A stretch of DNA of 64,000 nucleotides, taken from contig JAGNIJ010000006.1 of the NCBI GenBank assembly GCA_018001225.1, positions 29,188-93,187 on the forward strand, given 5' to 3'. Made by a program: the position numbers and the translations under genes. Position 1 is the first letter of the stretch; each line of letters opens with the position of its first letter. The notes under the pieces are model-generated. The model was given only the letters and a program-made list of their open reading frames with translations, was not told where the DNA came from and did no database searches. Shown one piece after another: positions 54,385 through 63,903 of the stretch. This DNA is from Kiritimatiellia bacterium. GTDB lineage: Bacteria; Verrucomicrobiota; Kiritimatiellia; CAIQIC01; JAGNIJ01.

Positions 54385-56142
54385 TCAGAAGTGCTTGATG
54401 CAGGAGACGAAGACCTGGTGCTCGGTGACGTCGGTGCGGAGGTTCTCCGCCGGGACCAGGCTGCCGAGCACGTCGTCGCCCCGCGTGTAGACGTAGGCCA
54501 CGTCGAGGATCCAGCGCGCGGGCTTCTTCCCGAGGGCCACGCCCGTGCCCACGCTGCCGCTCCAGTACTGGTCGGGCTCGCCGATCGCCGGCCGCTCCTC
54601 CCACGCCACGCCCGCCCGCAGCGGGATCTCCACCCGCGGGAACACGAGCAGGTATTCGATCCCGCTCCGCACCGCCCACGTGTCGTCGAGCGGGTGCTCG
54701 CCGTGCGGGCTGCCGTCGAGCGGATTGATCTTTTCCTCGCCCTCGGCCTGGAAGGCGAAGTCCGACCAGCGCGTGTGGTTGACGTCCAGCGACGTGTACA
54801 GGCGGTCCGTCCAGCGCCACACCGCGCCCAGCGCGAAGGCCGCCGGGAAGGTGAACTCCACGTCCTTGGAAACGAGGCTCTCGGTGGACGTCACGTCCAG
54901 GACGCGCGTCCGGGCGGCGTTGTAGGTCGTCGCGGTGTCCCGGATGGTCTTGGTCTGTTCCGCGTCGGCGGTCCAAGGCAGATCCGCCGCGCCGCCGAGG
55001 CTCAAGTGCCGCGACACGGTCCACAGGAAGCCCAGCGTCGCGTTGAACCCGCACAGGTCGTCGATCCGGTTCTCCTCCTCGTACACGCCGTCCACCACGA
55101 TCCCGGACGAGTCCTCCGAGAAGGACCGCTCGGAGAAGTCGGGGAACGCGCCCGAACTGGAGAAGGGGATCTCGGGGAAGGGCGGGGGATATCGGATCAC
55201 GCCCTCGTACTCGTACGTCGAACTCGTCACGCGCGTGTCGCGCCGGGCGCTGTCCAGCGTGGACGAGCCCGTGTAGCGGGCCGTGGTCTTCGAGCGGATG
55301 TCCCGGTTCGGCATCGGGCTGTCCTGGTACAGGTTCAGCGAAAGCCCCGCGGCCAGGTTCGGCAGGATCTCCACCGCCATCGCGGGCGTGACGGCGTCGA
55401 TGATGCCCTGCTGTTCGAAGTCCAGCCCGGTCAGCAGGTCCGACCGCAGGATCTCCTGCAGCGCGCTGGTGTGGCGCGTGGTCAGGCGAGTGGTGAAGGT
55501 GACGGAGGCGGTGACGCCCTCCTCGAGCACGCTGTCGAAGCGGTCCACCTGCGTGGCGGTGTCCACGCGGGTCTCGGTCTTTCCGCCGGCCGCCGGCCGC
55601 GCGCCTTCTTTCGCCGTGGCGGTGAACTCCTGGGTGAAGTCGTAGGCCTCCTGGTAGTTCAGGGCGAAGACCACGTTGCGGTTGAAGAGCGTGACGGGAT
55701 AGGCGCAGCTGAAGTAGTTCAGGTTCTCGTTGCCGTACTCGTTGACCCCGACGATGAAGGCGTCGGAATCGGAGTTGTTTTCGTTCCGCTCGCGCGACGA
55801 GCGGACCATGATGGAGGCCTCGGGGCGCTCGAGCTGGATCAACCCGGCGGGATTCCACGAGGCCGCCGTCGCGTCGTCGGCGACCGCCGTGAACGCACCG
55901 GCCAGGCCGAGCGCCCGCGCGCCGGACCCACTGGGCAGCGGCGCGGAGAAGATGCTCGGCGGGCGAAAGGCCGGCGACGACGGCGCGCCGCCCTGGACCA
56001 GGGTGCCGCCCGGCCCGGCGTGATCCAGCGAGATGGTCACCGGCCCCGCCGGCGTCTCCACCGTGAAGTCCTCCGCGCGGACGGATCCGCCCAGGAGCAG
56101 CCCTGGCACAAGCAGGAAAACGGCTTTCTTTATCCAGTGCAT
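54385..56142 (-). CDS. FadL/TodX/OMPP1-family outer-membrane beta-barrel transporter
   Basis: Signal peptide, N-terminal hatch motif GLAGAFTAVADDATAASWNPAGL (the NPAG of the FadL family), and a C-terminal aromatic residue (…CIKHF). Confidence 0.65.
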   Translation of the reverse strand: MHWIKKAVFLLVPGLLLGGSVRAEDFTVETPAGPVTISLDHAGPGGTLVQGGAPSSPAFRPPSIFSAPLPSGSGARALGLAGAFTAVADDATAASWNPAGLIQLERPEASIMVRSSRERNENNSDSDAFIVGVNEYGNENLNYFSCAYPVTLFNRNVVFALNYQEAYDFTQEFTATAKEGARPAAGGKTETRVDTATQVDRFDSVLEEGVTASVTFTTRLTTRHTSALQEILRSDLLTGLDFEQQGIIDAVTPAMAVEILPNLAAGLSLNLYQDSPMPNRDIRSKTTARYTGSSTLDSARRDTRVTSSTYEYEGVIRYPPPFPEIPFSSSGAFPDFSERSFSEDSSGIVVDGVYEEENRIDDLCGFNATLGFLWTVSRHLSLGGAADLPWTADAEQTKTIRDTATTYNAARTRVLDVTSTESLVSKDVEFTFPAAFALGAVWRWTDRLYTSLDVNHTRWSDFAFQAEGEEKINPLDGSPHGEHPLDDTWAVRSGIEYLLVFPRVEIPLRAGVAWEERPAIGEPDQYWSGSVGTGVALGKKPARWILDVAYVYTRGDDVLGSLVPAENLRTDVTEHQVFVSCIKHF

Positions 56143-56196
56143 CGGTCTCCTCTTTTATAGCCGAAGCCCGGCGGCCCGGTCATGGAAAAAGACCGG

Positions 56197-57843
56197 CTAC
56201 GGGCCTTTTTCGCCGGCAGGCCGCGGGGCATCGTCGGGGCGCAGGGCTACAAGGGCAGCCGCCACCTGCTGCGCCAGGTCTGTGCAGGCGGCGGGAAGGG
56301 CGGCCTCGTCGAGGGCCACGCTCCACGACTCGAGGATGCGGCTGGTCTCCGTGTCCACGAGGCGCAGCAGGGCGGTCCATCCGTCCCCCTGCCGGGCCAC
56401 GTGGCCCAGCAGCAGCGTGCTGGCCGGGAGGAAGCGGCCGACCTGGAGCCGGGCCTGGGGATCGGCGAGGCTGGAGAATCCGAGGTTCAGTTCCTGTAGG
56501 GCCGCCTCCAGGTTCTCGCGCTCGACCGTGATGATCCGGTCCTGGCGCTGCAGCGCCGCCGTCAGGCCGATCCGGACGAGCGCGGCCATGTTCGCGCCGG
56601 CGGCATCCTCGCCCAGCGGCTCCGGACCGAGACAGGCAATCACGCGCGGCAGGACCCGGTCCGCCGGCGCCGCGGCGGGCGGCGCGGCGCGGACCTGTTC
56701 GATCAGTTGCCGGAGCGCCGCCTGTCGTTCCTGCCGCTTGCCACGGTGAAGGTGGTCCGACACGGCGGCGGTCAGCGAGCCTGGCTCCGGCGCGGCCTCC
56801 GCCAGGAGCCGCGCGGCCGAGTTGGTCGCGCCCTCGCGGTCCAGCCAGAGCGCGTCGCGGGCGGCCTGCACATCAGAGTCCGGCTCCGCGCCGCGCGCCG
56901 CGGCGGGCGCCTCGCCGAAGGCCAGGAGGGCGGGATCGGTGGAGAAGACGAATTCCCCGCCGCCGTGCGACGAAACCGCCAGCGGCCCTATCCGGACCCG
57001 CTGGCCGGTCAGGGCGCCGACTTTCTCGCGCACCGCCAGGGCCATGTCCGACGCCGAGAACACGGGGCTGTTGGGATTGCGGAGAAACTGGAGCAGCGCC
57101 TCGGCGAAGACGCTGTGCTCGAACCCGCTGTCCAGCACCGGCTCCAGGTCGCCGCTGGCGACGAGGTAGCGCGACGGCTGGTCGAGGGCCCGGGCGTACC
57201 AGGCCGCCGCCCGTTCCGCCGCCGGCTCGCCGCCCCGGAAGAGGGACCCGGCGTAGCAGGAATCCGCGATGACGAGGACGTGCCGCGCGCGCGAGGCGTT
57301 GATCATCTTCGTGATCATGCTGTTCCAGATCCAGTCCTCGCGGGCGTCGCGTCCTTCGGCTGTCTTCCGGGCGTCGCACGGGATCCAGAATCCCTCGTCC
57401 AGGGCCTCGTCGTAGGAGCCATGCCCCGCGTAGTAGATCAGCACGGCGTCGCGGTCGTCCAGGGTGGCCAGCTTGTCGAGGGCGGTGAGGATGCCGCTCT
57501 TCGAAGCCCGCGGGCCCGTCAGGAGATCGACGGAAAAACCGTATTGCAGCCGGAGCACCTCCGCCATGGCCTCGGCGTCCGCGCGGGCGGTCTTGAGATT
57601 CTCCCAGCCCCCGCCGGCCCGGGCGGCATAGTCGCCGATGCCGATGACCACGGCGTGGTAGTTCGGCGCGCCGGCGGCGTGTGCCCCGTCCGGCGCGACG
57701 CGGCCCGCGCCGCCCGCCGGGCCCCGGTACGTGGACGCGGAGCGCCCGAGGTAGATCACCAGACCCAGGCAGAGGCCGATCGCCAGCAGGAACGCCGCCG
57801 ACCGGGCCGCCGGTCCCGCCTCCTTTCTGGACTCATCGGGCAT
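56197..57843 (-). CDS. Membrane-anchored caspase (peptidase C14) domain protein with C-terminal LpoB/CsgG-like module
   Basis: N-terminal TM (AAFLLAIGLCLGLVIYLG). C14 domain with the His and Cys dyad (AVVIGIGDY...VLIYYAGHG...FWIPCD...VLVIADSCYAGS). C-terminal region contains a LLRLVDTETSRILESW motif shared with the LpoB-like lipoprotein at 39929. Confidence 0.75.
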   Translation of the reverse strand: MPDESRKEAGPAARSAAFLLAIGLCLGLVIYLGRSASTYRGPAGGAGRVAPDGAHAAGAPNYHAVVIGIGDYAARAGGGWENLKTARADAEAMAEVLRLQYGFSVDLLTGPRASKSGILTALDKLATLDDRDAVLIYYAGHGSYDEALDEGFWIPCDARKTAEGRDAREDWIWNSMITKMINASRARHVLVIADSCYAGSLFRGGEPAAERAAAWYARALDQPSRYLVASGDLEPVLDSGFEHSVFAEALLQFLRNPNSPVFSASDMALAVREKVGALTGQRVRIGPLAVSSHGGGEFVFSTDPALLAFGEAPAAARGAEPDSDVQAARDALWLDREGATNSAARLLAEAAPEPGSLTAAVSDHLHRGKRQERQAALRQLIEQVRAAPPAAAPADRVLPRVIACLGPEPLGEDAAGANMAALVRIGLTAALQRQDRIITVERENLEAALQELNLGFSSLADPQARLQVGRFLPASTLLLGHVARQGDGWTALLRLVDTETSRILESWSVALDEAALPAACTDLAQQVAAALVALRPDDAPRPAGEKGP

Positions 57844-59872
57844 AGATCACGTCTCCTTCAGCCAGGCCGGCCGCCGCGGCCGGGGGGCTCACTTTCGCCT
57901 GGGCCCGCTGGGCATAAACCCTTGATATGCATAGCTCAACCGCCTTCTCCGCGTGGAGCCGCACCGTGCATTCGGCCAGGCCCCCGCGTCCTTCGCCCGG
58001 CCCGTCCAGTACCAGGAACCGCATGCCGGGTTTCAGGCCCTGCGCGGCGCCGATCCCCACGGTGGCTATGTCGCTGGAGGCCGAGAGAATCTTCCCGTCC
58101 ATCAGGGGAAACTGCTGCTCGATCTTCATCGCCAGGCCCTCGACGCGGTCGCGCAGGTCCTTCTCGGGCGCCGGCACGTAGACATCTTCGGCGCACAGGA
58201 TCTCGCCGCTGGCGGAGTCCACGACGCGGCTGAAGATCGTCAGGCTTTCGCCCTGCGGGATCAGCAGCGTCAGGGCGAGCAACTCGGCGGGGACCAGCTT
58301 GCCGATGCGCAGCGCGGCCCGCGGGTCGGCCAGGTCCGACGCGCTCAACCGCTGTTCCTCGATCAGCGCGCCCCAGCCGTCCGCCCGCTCGAGCACCCGG
58401 AAGCGCGGCGGGTGCAGCAGCAGCTCGTGCTCCATCAGCCGGCCGACCTGTTCGGCCCGCGCGTCCACGACCGGCTCCGCCGCCGCCGCGGTGCTGACGG
58501 GCGATACGCCCAGGCTCAAGCGGTAGGCCTCGTCCAGGTACTCGGGGTCCTGGCCGATCACGACGCACTGTTCGCGGTTCCGGTGTCCGGCCCGGTCCAC
58601 GGCGACCACCTCGAACACGTTTGTGCCCGGGTCCAGCGCCAGCCGCCGGGCGAAGTGAAACTGCACGCAGCCCCGCGAGGCCTCGGGCAGCAGTTCCTCG
58701 CCGTTGATGGAAAGGGAAGTCAACCCTCCGCCGTCGGAGGTCGTGCCCTCGAGGTGAAACTCGCGGTTGAACACGCGGGTGCGGAGCGGCGTGTGCAGCC
58801 GCAGGCTGGGCCGGAGCCGATCGCCGCTCTCCGGGGCCGCGCGTTCCGGGACGTCCGCGCGCCCCTCCGCCGCCCGCGCGGCGTACCTCGGCGCGCGGTC
58901 CCGGGCGACCTCCGCGAAACGGTCCGCCTCCAACAGCCGGTCCAGCGTATTGCCCGCGAAGTCCGCGAGGTGTACCGCCCGCGTCCCGCCGAAAGGCACC
59001 AGGATCTTGAAGTCCGCCGCCTTCCCGTGGCCGGGCTCGAGCGGCCGGCCGTCCACCGACACCTGCGCCAGGCCGAACCGGTCCACGGCCCGGGCCTCGA
59101 CGGCCCACCCGTCCGCCTGCCGGTCCGCCTTGAGAATGGCCAGGCCCGGCGGTTGCCAGTCCGCGGTGACGCTCCAGCGCGCGCTCGTTTCGCGATCGGC
59201 CAGGTCGCGCGCGGCCACGAGGACGATGTTTTCGCCCTCCGCCAGTTCCACGGCCCGCGAGATCGGGACGACCGGCGCCGCCAGTTCGAGGAACAGGGGC
59301 CGGCCGTTGACGGTCACGGCCTGCACGTAGCCTTCCGCGGAGACCCGTCCGGCCACCGTCAGCGTTCGTTCCCGGCTCCAGGCGGGCGGGGGCGGGGCGA
59401 GGTCGATCCGCGGCGGGGGCTGCGCCCGGCCGCGCACGAGCTCAGCGCGCGCGAGGTTCAGGAAGTGCCGGGCGCGGCCGGAAGGCTGCTGCTCCAGCGA
59501 GTGCTCGAGGAAGCGCACGGCGTTGCTCGCCTCGCCGAGCCGAAAGAAACAGATGCCCAACTCGCGGTGGGGAAAGTAGTCGTCGATGAAATGAAACCCG
59601 TACGTTCGCGCGCGCCAGGTGTCGCGCGGGTAACCGTACACGGCGCCGCGCTCCAGGCCCAGGCAGATGCGGAACTGTTGCGCGGCGGCCGCGTCATCGC
59701 CGGCGTAGGACAGCGCCGTGCCGCGCTGGTAGAAGTTCCACCAGGTCTTGTGCCGAGGCGGGGGGGCGGCGTGGCCGGCGCGGGGCGAGGGCGCGCAGGC
59801 CGGGAGCAGCAGGCCGATCGCCGCGGCGGCGCCCGCCGCCGCGATCGACCGGAAAAGGCGCCGGGCATCCAT
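57833..59872 (-). CDS. Large lipoprotein (lipobox LLLPAC) with N-terminal TPR-like region, Ig-like middle and C-terminal LpoB/CsgG-like motif; unknown function
   Basis: Lipobox at residues 22-27. The TIFSRVVDSASGEILCAEDVYV motif resembles the motif in the caspase C-terminus and the LpoB-like protein. 11-nt overlap with the downstream caspase gene. Confidence 0.5.
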   Translation of the reverse strand: MDARRLFRSIAAAGAAAAIGLLLPACAPSPRAGHAAPPPRHKTWWNFYQRGTALSYAGDDAAAAQQFRICLGLERGAVYGYPRDTWRARTYGFHFIDDYFPHRELGICFFRLGEASNAVRFLEHSLEQQPSGRARHFLNLARAELVRGRAQPPPRIDLAPPPPAWSRERTLTVAGRVSAEGYVQAVTVNGRPLFLELAAPVVPISRAVELAEGENIVLVAARDLADRETSARWSVTADWQPPGLAILKADRQADGWAVEARAVDRFGLAQVSVDGRPLEPGHGKAADFKILVPFGGTRAVHLADFAGNTLDRLLEADRFAEVARDRAPRYAARAAEGRADVPERAAPESGDRLRPSLRLHTPLRTRVFNREFHLEGTTSDGGGLTSLSINGEELLPEASRGCVQFHFARRLALDPGTNVFEVVAVDRAGHRNREQCVVIGQDPEYLDEAYRLSLGVSPVSTAAAAEPVVDARAEQVGRLMEHELLLHPPRFRVLERADGWGALIEEQRLSASDLADPRAALRIGKLVPAELLALTLLIPQGESLTIFSRVVDSASGEILCAEDVYVPAPEKDLRDRVEGLAMKIEQQFPLMDGKILSASSDIATVGIGAAQGLKPGMRFLVLDGPGEGRGGLAECTVRLHAEKAVELCISRVYAQRAQAKVSPPAAAAGLAEGDVIYAR

Positions 59873-59887
59873 GTCTTGCTCCCCGGG

Positions 59888-60691
59888 CTAGAGGGCCGCC
59901 TCGGGGCGGCGCGCGCGGACGAGGTCCTCCGCGACCCGCTGCCCGAACTCCGGCAAGGCCCGCGAAAACGCCTCGGCGTTCTCGAAGCTGTGCGACCAGC
60001 GGAACACCAGGGTGTCCTCCCCGGGCCGGAAGGCGTCCACCTCGATGGACAGCATGTTCTCCGGCAATTCCTGGAGGCGGGTGGCGAGGCGCCACTCGGT
60101 GCGTTTTTTCAGCAGCGAGCGTGGCGCCGTCTTCCCCAGCGCCTGTTCGTACTGCGCGCCGATCTCGGCCTTCAGGGCGCCGGCGAGCGCCTCCATGGCG
60201 GCCCGGCGCGCGGCGTCGTCGCCGGCCGGGGCCCCCCGGTACTGGGCGGCCTCGATCCGGTCCGTCTGCCAGGCGAGGGTGGGGGAGAAGTAGTTGCGCG
60301 CGCCGAGGAGGACCAGCGCGCAGGCCGCCAGGGCGGCGACGGTCTGCAGCGCGCGCCAGGGCTGCAGGAGCCAGAGCCGCGCCTCGCCCGGAAAGGGCAG
60401 CACCTGGGGCGGCGCGGACTCTTCAGGCGCGGCAGCGCCCCAGCGTCCCGCCTCGGGCGAAGCCTCCCAGGCGCGCAGCACTTTTTTTGCCAGGTCGTCC
60501 TCCGTCACGGCGGCCTGCGTCCCGGCCTCGCGCAGCAGGCGGTCCATGTCCTCGATCTGGCGGTACTGCCGCTGCAGGTCCGGGTTCGTCTTCAGCGCTT
60601 CCCGCAGGCCGGCGGCTTCCGGTTCGTTCAGCTGGCCATGCACCAGAGCCCATAATTTGTCCGATTCGCTCATGTCATGGAGCTCCTTCAC
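59888..60691 (-). CDS. Putative anti-sigma factor (single-pass membrane protein) cognate to the upstream ECF sigma
   Basis: 4-nt overlap (ATGA) with the sigma gene. Cytoplasmic N-domain, one central TM (LQTVAALAACALVLLGARNY), and a periplasmic C-domain. No specific family motif recognised. Confidence 0.45.
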   Translation of the reverse strand: MKELHDMSESDKLWALVHGQLNEPEAAGLREALKTNPDLQRQYRQIEDMDRLLREAGTQAAVTEDDLAKKVLRAWEASPEAGRWGAAAPEESAPPQVLPFPGEARLWLLQPWRALQTVAALAACALVLLGARNYFSPTLAWQTDRIEAAQYRGAPAGDDAARRAAMEALAGALKAEIGAQYEQALGKTAPRSLLKKRTEWRLATRLQELPENMLSIEVDAFRPGEDTLVFRWSHSFENAEAFSRALPEFGQRVAEDLVRARRPEAAL

Positions 60692-61311
60692 AGGCCACTG
60701 TCGCCCGACAGGCGAAAATCTTCCCCGAAAAAGGAATCCAGGCTCAACATTTTCCGCATCTTTTCAAGGCACTTGGCCAGCCTGGAGCCGACCGTGTTGA
60801 TCGAGATGCCCAGTTCGTCCGCCATCTGCTTGTAGGATTGCTGGGCGAAGTAGAAGCGCTGGATGGCGACGCGGCAGAGCTCGTCCACCTGGTCCAGGAC
60901 GCGCTTCACCTGGCCGGCGACCTCGGCGTTGATCACGTCGCGGAGCGGATCCTGCGACCGGTCCGCCATGCGCGCCGTCTCCTCCTCCGGCCGCTGCCCG
61001 TCCCCGGTGGCCAGCGGCACCAGGATCTGCCGCGCGCGGATCTGGCGGCGCACCTCGTCGATGCAGCGGTTGATGCAGATGCGCTTGACGTAGTACTCGA
61101 CGGAGGATTCCTCGTTGAACGACTCGATCGCCTTGAAGAGGGCCAGGCGGATGCCCTGGGCCATGTCCTCCCGCGTCGGGGGCGAAAACCGCCACTTCGA
61201 CCAGGAGACCACCGAGCGGATCAGTTCGTCGTGCTGCGCAAAAAAATCGTCCCACGCCCGGCGGTCCCCGGATTGAAGCCGGCCAAGCTCTTCTGGGCTG
61301 ATGTCGCTCAT
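60688..61311 (-). CDS. ECF-type RNA polymerase sigma-70 family factor
   Basis: Region 2 (…ELIRSVVSWSKWRF…AQGIRLALFKAIESF) and the region 4 HTH (SYKQMADELGISINTVGSRLAKCLEKMRKML). Confidence 0.8.
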   Translation of the reverse strand: MSDISPEELGRLQSGDRRAWDDFFAQHDELIRSVVSWSKWRFSPPTREDMAQGIRLALFKAIESFNEESSVEYYVKRICINRCIDEVRRQIRARQILVPLATGDGQRPEEETARMADRSQDPLRDVINAEVAGQVKRVLDQVDELCRVAIQRFYFAQQSYKQMADELGISINTVGSRLAKCLEKMRKMLSLDSFFGEDFRLSGDSGL

Positions 61312-61398
61312 GCGCTTGGGCCTGGGCGCCCCTTTTGGTCACACGATAACCTCCCGGATTCCCGGTGTATACAGAAAAGTCCCGGCGCGCCGGGTTGG

Positions 61399-61437
61399 AA
61401 AAAAGCGGCCCGCCCCGCGCGGGGCGGGGCGGGCCGC
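61399..61437 (-). terminator. Rho-independent terminator (minus strand) after the beta-propeller gene, just upstream of the ECF sigma promoter region
   Basis: Perfect 14-bp GC stem GCGGCCCGCCCCGC/GCGGGGCGGGCCGC with a 5-nt loop, preceded on the plus strand by A6 (a T6 on the minus strand). Confidence 0.65.
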
Positions 61438-61477
61438 GTGCTGTGTCTCCTCGCGCGGAGCCGATTCGGCGTCGGGT

Positions 61478-63112
61478 TTATTGCAGGGTGTACTGCGCGT
61501 GGAGGATCACGGTGGGGCCGGGGACGCCGGCGGGCAGCGCCCGGGCCGGCCAGACGCGGAACCGGACCGGCATGTTGCCGGCCAGGGCCGAAGACGTTCC
61601 CGAGCCGGTCGCCACGAGCTGCGCGCCGGCGGAAAAGGAATTCTGGTAGATCGAGGTCATGCCGCGCACGTCCCACAACTGCACCCAGAGCACACGGTCG
61701 GCGGCCGGCACCCGCGCATCCCAGGTGATCTCGATGCTGAAGAGCACCGCCGTGCCCTGCCGGACGGAGCCCGGCGTGTACAAGCTGTAGGTCGCCTCGC
61801 GCAGGTTCTCGAAGAAGACCTCGTGGTGGTCGAACTTCAGGACGTCCACCCGGCCGAGATTCCTTTCGTTGTCGCCGTAGGCGGCGTCGATGGCTTCGGA
61901 CCCGGCCGCCAGGTTGCCGTCGATGGCGACGTCGTGAATGTAGGACGCGTACTCGCCGTTCTGCCACGGCAGGTGCTTGTAATAGAGCACGTTCCAGGCA
62001 TTGTAGGCCAGGCCGTAGACGTAGATTTCGCCGGTGGTGGGATCGTCCCACGGATCGGCCAGGGAGCCTACGACGATCTTCGAGCCGCTGACGTCCACCG
62101 AGTCGCCGAAGGCCTGGTAGTCCGCGTCGATCTCGGAGGCCAGGCGCGCCTTCCACTGCCATTGGTTCTGGCTGAACTCGTAGACGCGGGCGGCGCCCCG
62201 GTAGGTGTTCTCGGCGATCGAGCCGACGACGGCCCGCAGCCCGTCCATCGCCACGCTGTGGCCGAATCGGCCGCCCGCGACGACGCCGCGGATCCGCTGC
62301 GCCTGCTGCCACTGGTTGTTGGCCCACTGGTAGGCATAGACGCAGCCCCGCCCGGCTTCCTCTTCGGGCGCGCCGGCAAGGATGCGGGTGCCGCTGATGG
62401 CCACCGAGGTCCCGAACCGGAATCCCGCCTTGGTGACCTTGGCCACCTGGTTCCACGCGCCGTTGACCTTGCGGTAGAAATACACCGATGATTCCCCCGG
62501 CGAGCCCACCACCGCGAACTCGCCGTCCACGCCGACGGAGGCGCCGAACTTCGAGGTCCGGGGCGCGTTCGCGGAAGGCCGCAAGCGCGCGGTGCGCTGC
62601 CAGTTGGCGCCCTCGTAGAGGTAGACCGCGCCCGCGTAGACGTTCTGGTTGTCCTGCGCGGCCGTGGTCATGCGGACGTTGCCCGGCGCGCCCACGATGC
62701 ACTGCGTGCCCTTCAGGTCCACCGCGGCGCCGAAGAACGCCCCGCTCAACACGTCGTTCGCGGCGGAGGACGGCTCCAGCACGCGCGGGCCGGTGTTTGT
62801 CCGCCCGTTGTTGTCCAGGGTGTAGATATGCACCTTGCCGGCGTTCACCGCGCCCCCGATCTGCACGCCCGGCCGGCCGACGGCCAGCCGCTGGCCGGAC
62901 AGCGCGACGGCGTGCCCGAACAGGTGCGTGTTCCTGTTGTAGTCCGGCGCGATGGAGCCCGCGGCCTCCCAGATCTCTTCGAAGGGCGGCGAACCGCCAA
63001 GCGCCCCCGTCGCGGCCATGCAGACCAGCCCGATGCCCGCCAGTACCTTGGTCATCCCTTGCATTGCGAACCTCCCGTCTCCATGTTTTCGCCTCCCGCC
63101 GGAACCCTTCAT
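61478..63112 (-). CDS. Secreted FG-GAP-like beta-propeller repeat protein
   Basis: Signal peptide (MTKVLAGIGLVCMAATGALG). Repeated FG/SV..G....VGAP blades (FGHAVALSGQRLAVGRP; FGASVGVDGEFAVVGSP; FGTSVAISGTRILAGAP; FGHSVAMDGLRAVVGS; FGDSVDVSGSKIVVGS). Start may be at the internal MQGM or MTKV. Confidence 0.6.
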   Translation of the reverse strand: MKGSGGRRKHGDGRFAMQGMTKVLAGIGLVCMAATGALGGSPPFEEIWEAAGSIAPDYNRNTHLFGHAVALSGQRLAVGRPGVQIGGAVNAGKVHIYTLDNNGRTNTGPRVLEPSSAANDVLSGAFFGAAVDLKGTQCIVGAPGNVRMTTAAQDNQNVYAGAVYLYEGANWQRTARLRPSANAPRTSKFGASVGVDGEFAVVGSPGESSVYFYRKVNGAWNQVAKVTKAGFRFGTSVAISGTRILAGAPEEEAGRGCVYAYQWANNQWQQAQRIRGVVAGGRFGHSVAMDGLRAVVGSIAENTYRGAARVYEFSQNQWQWKARLASEIDADYQAFGDSVDVSGSKIVVGSLADPWDDPTTGEIYVYGLAYNAWNVLYYKHLPWQNGEYASYIHDVAIDGNLAAGSEAIDAAYGDNERNLGRVDVLKFDHHEVFFENLREATYSLYTPGSVRQGTAVLFSIEITWDARVPAADRVLWVQLWDVRGMTSIYQNSFSAGAQLVATGSGTSSALAGNMPVRFRVWPARALPAGVPGPTVILHAQYTLQ

Positions 63113-63259
63113 CAGGTCAGGGTTGTCAACCGGCGGGCGGTCTTGAGCGTATCAGTCGGCGCGGGGGCGGGATTCTTCCCGACTTTTTTACGCCCGGCAC
63201 TTTTCCGGTGGGAAGAAACAGCCCTTTCCGACGACTACACAGGCAGAGGAGCAAGAGTC

Positions 63260-63643
63260 ATGAATACCGAGGGGCGGGGCGAGACGGCGGCGACGATCCT
63301 GGTCATTGACGACAATTCGTGCATCCGGAACCTGCTGGCCCGGCTGCTGCAGCGCTACGGGCGGGTCGAGTGCGCCGCGACCGTCGACGAAGGCCTGCAG
63401 ATCTTCAGCCGGTGCGAGCCCGGCCTGGTGATTACCGACTACGAAATGCCGGGGCGGAACGGGATCGACGGCATCCGCGCGATGAAAGCCCTCGCGCCCG
63501 GCGTCCACATCGTCATGCTCACCGGCTCGGCCACGCGCGAGTTGATCGACGAGGCCAAGCGGGAAGGCGCCTGCGAGTGCCTCGAAAAACCCTTCGGACT
63601 GGACGCCCTCCGCGAACTCACCGCCCGCTGCCTGGCGGTCTGA
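63260..63643 (+). CDS. Single-domain response regulator (CheY-like receiver)
   Basis: ILVIDD...D in LVITDYEMPG...K in LEKPF. 127 aa with no output domain. Confidence 0.75.
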   Translation: MNTEGRGETAATILVIDDNSCIRNLLARLLQRYGRVECAATVDEGLQIFSRCEPGLVITDYEMPGRNGIDGIRAMKALAPGVHIVMLTGSATRELIDEAKREGACECLEKPFGLDALRELTARCLAV

Positions 63644-63699
63644 TGCGCCGCCCGCGGGATTGGACATCCGGCCGCCGATCTGCTAGGTGTAGCCCCACC

Positions 63700-63885
63700 A
63701 TGAAATTCAAGGTGGATCACGACCTGTGCATCGGCTGCGGCGCGTGCGAGAGGACATGTCCGGCGGTCTTCGAACTCGCCGGCGACCAATCCAGCGTCAA
63801 GCTCGACCCCGTGCCGCCGGAGCACCAGGAGAAGGCCCTCAAGGCCGAGGACGGCTGCCCCGTCAGCGCCATCTCGCACGAGTAG
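63700..63885 (+). CDS. Small 4Fe-4S ferredoxin
   Basis: CIGCGACERTCP cluster motif plus a distal CP. 61 aa. Start at MKFKVDHD; the ORF-track N-extension is rejected. Confidence 0.65.
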   Translation: MKFKVDHDLCIGCGACERTCPAVFELAGDQSSVKLDPVPPEHQEKALKAEDGCPVSAISHE

Positions 63886-63903
63886 CGCGCAGAAAGGTCC
63901 CGC

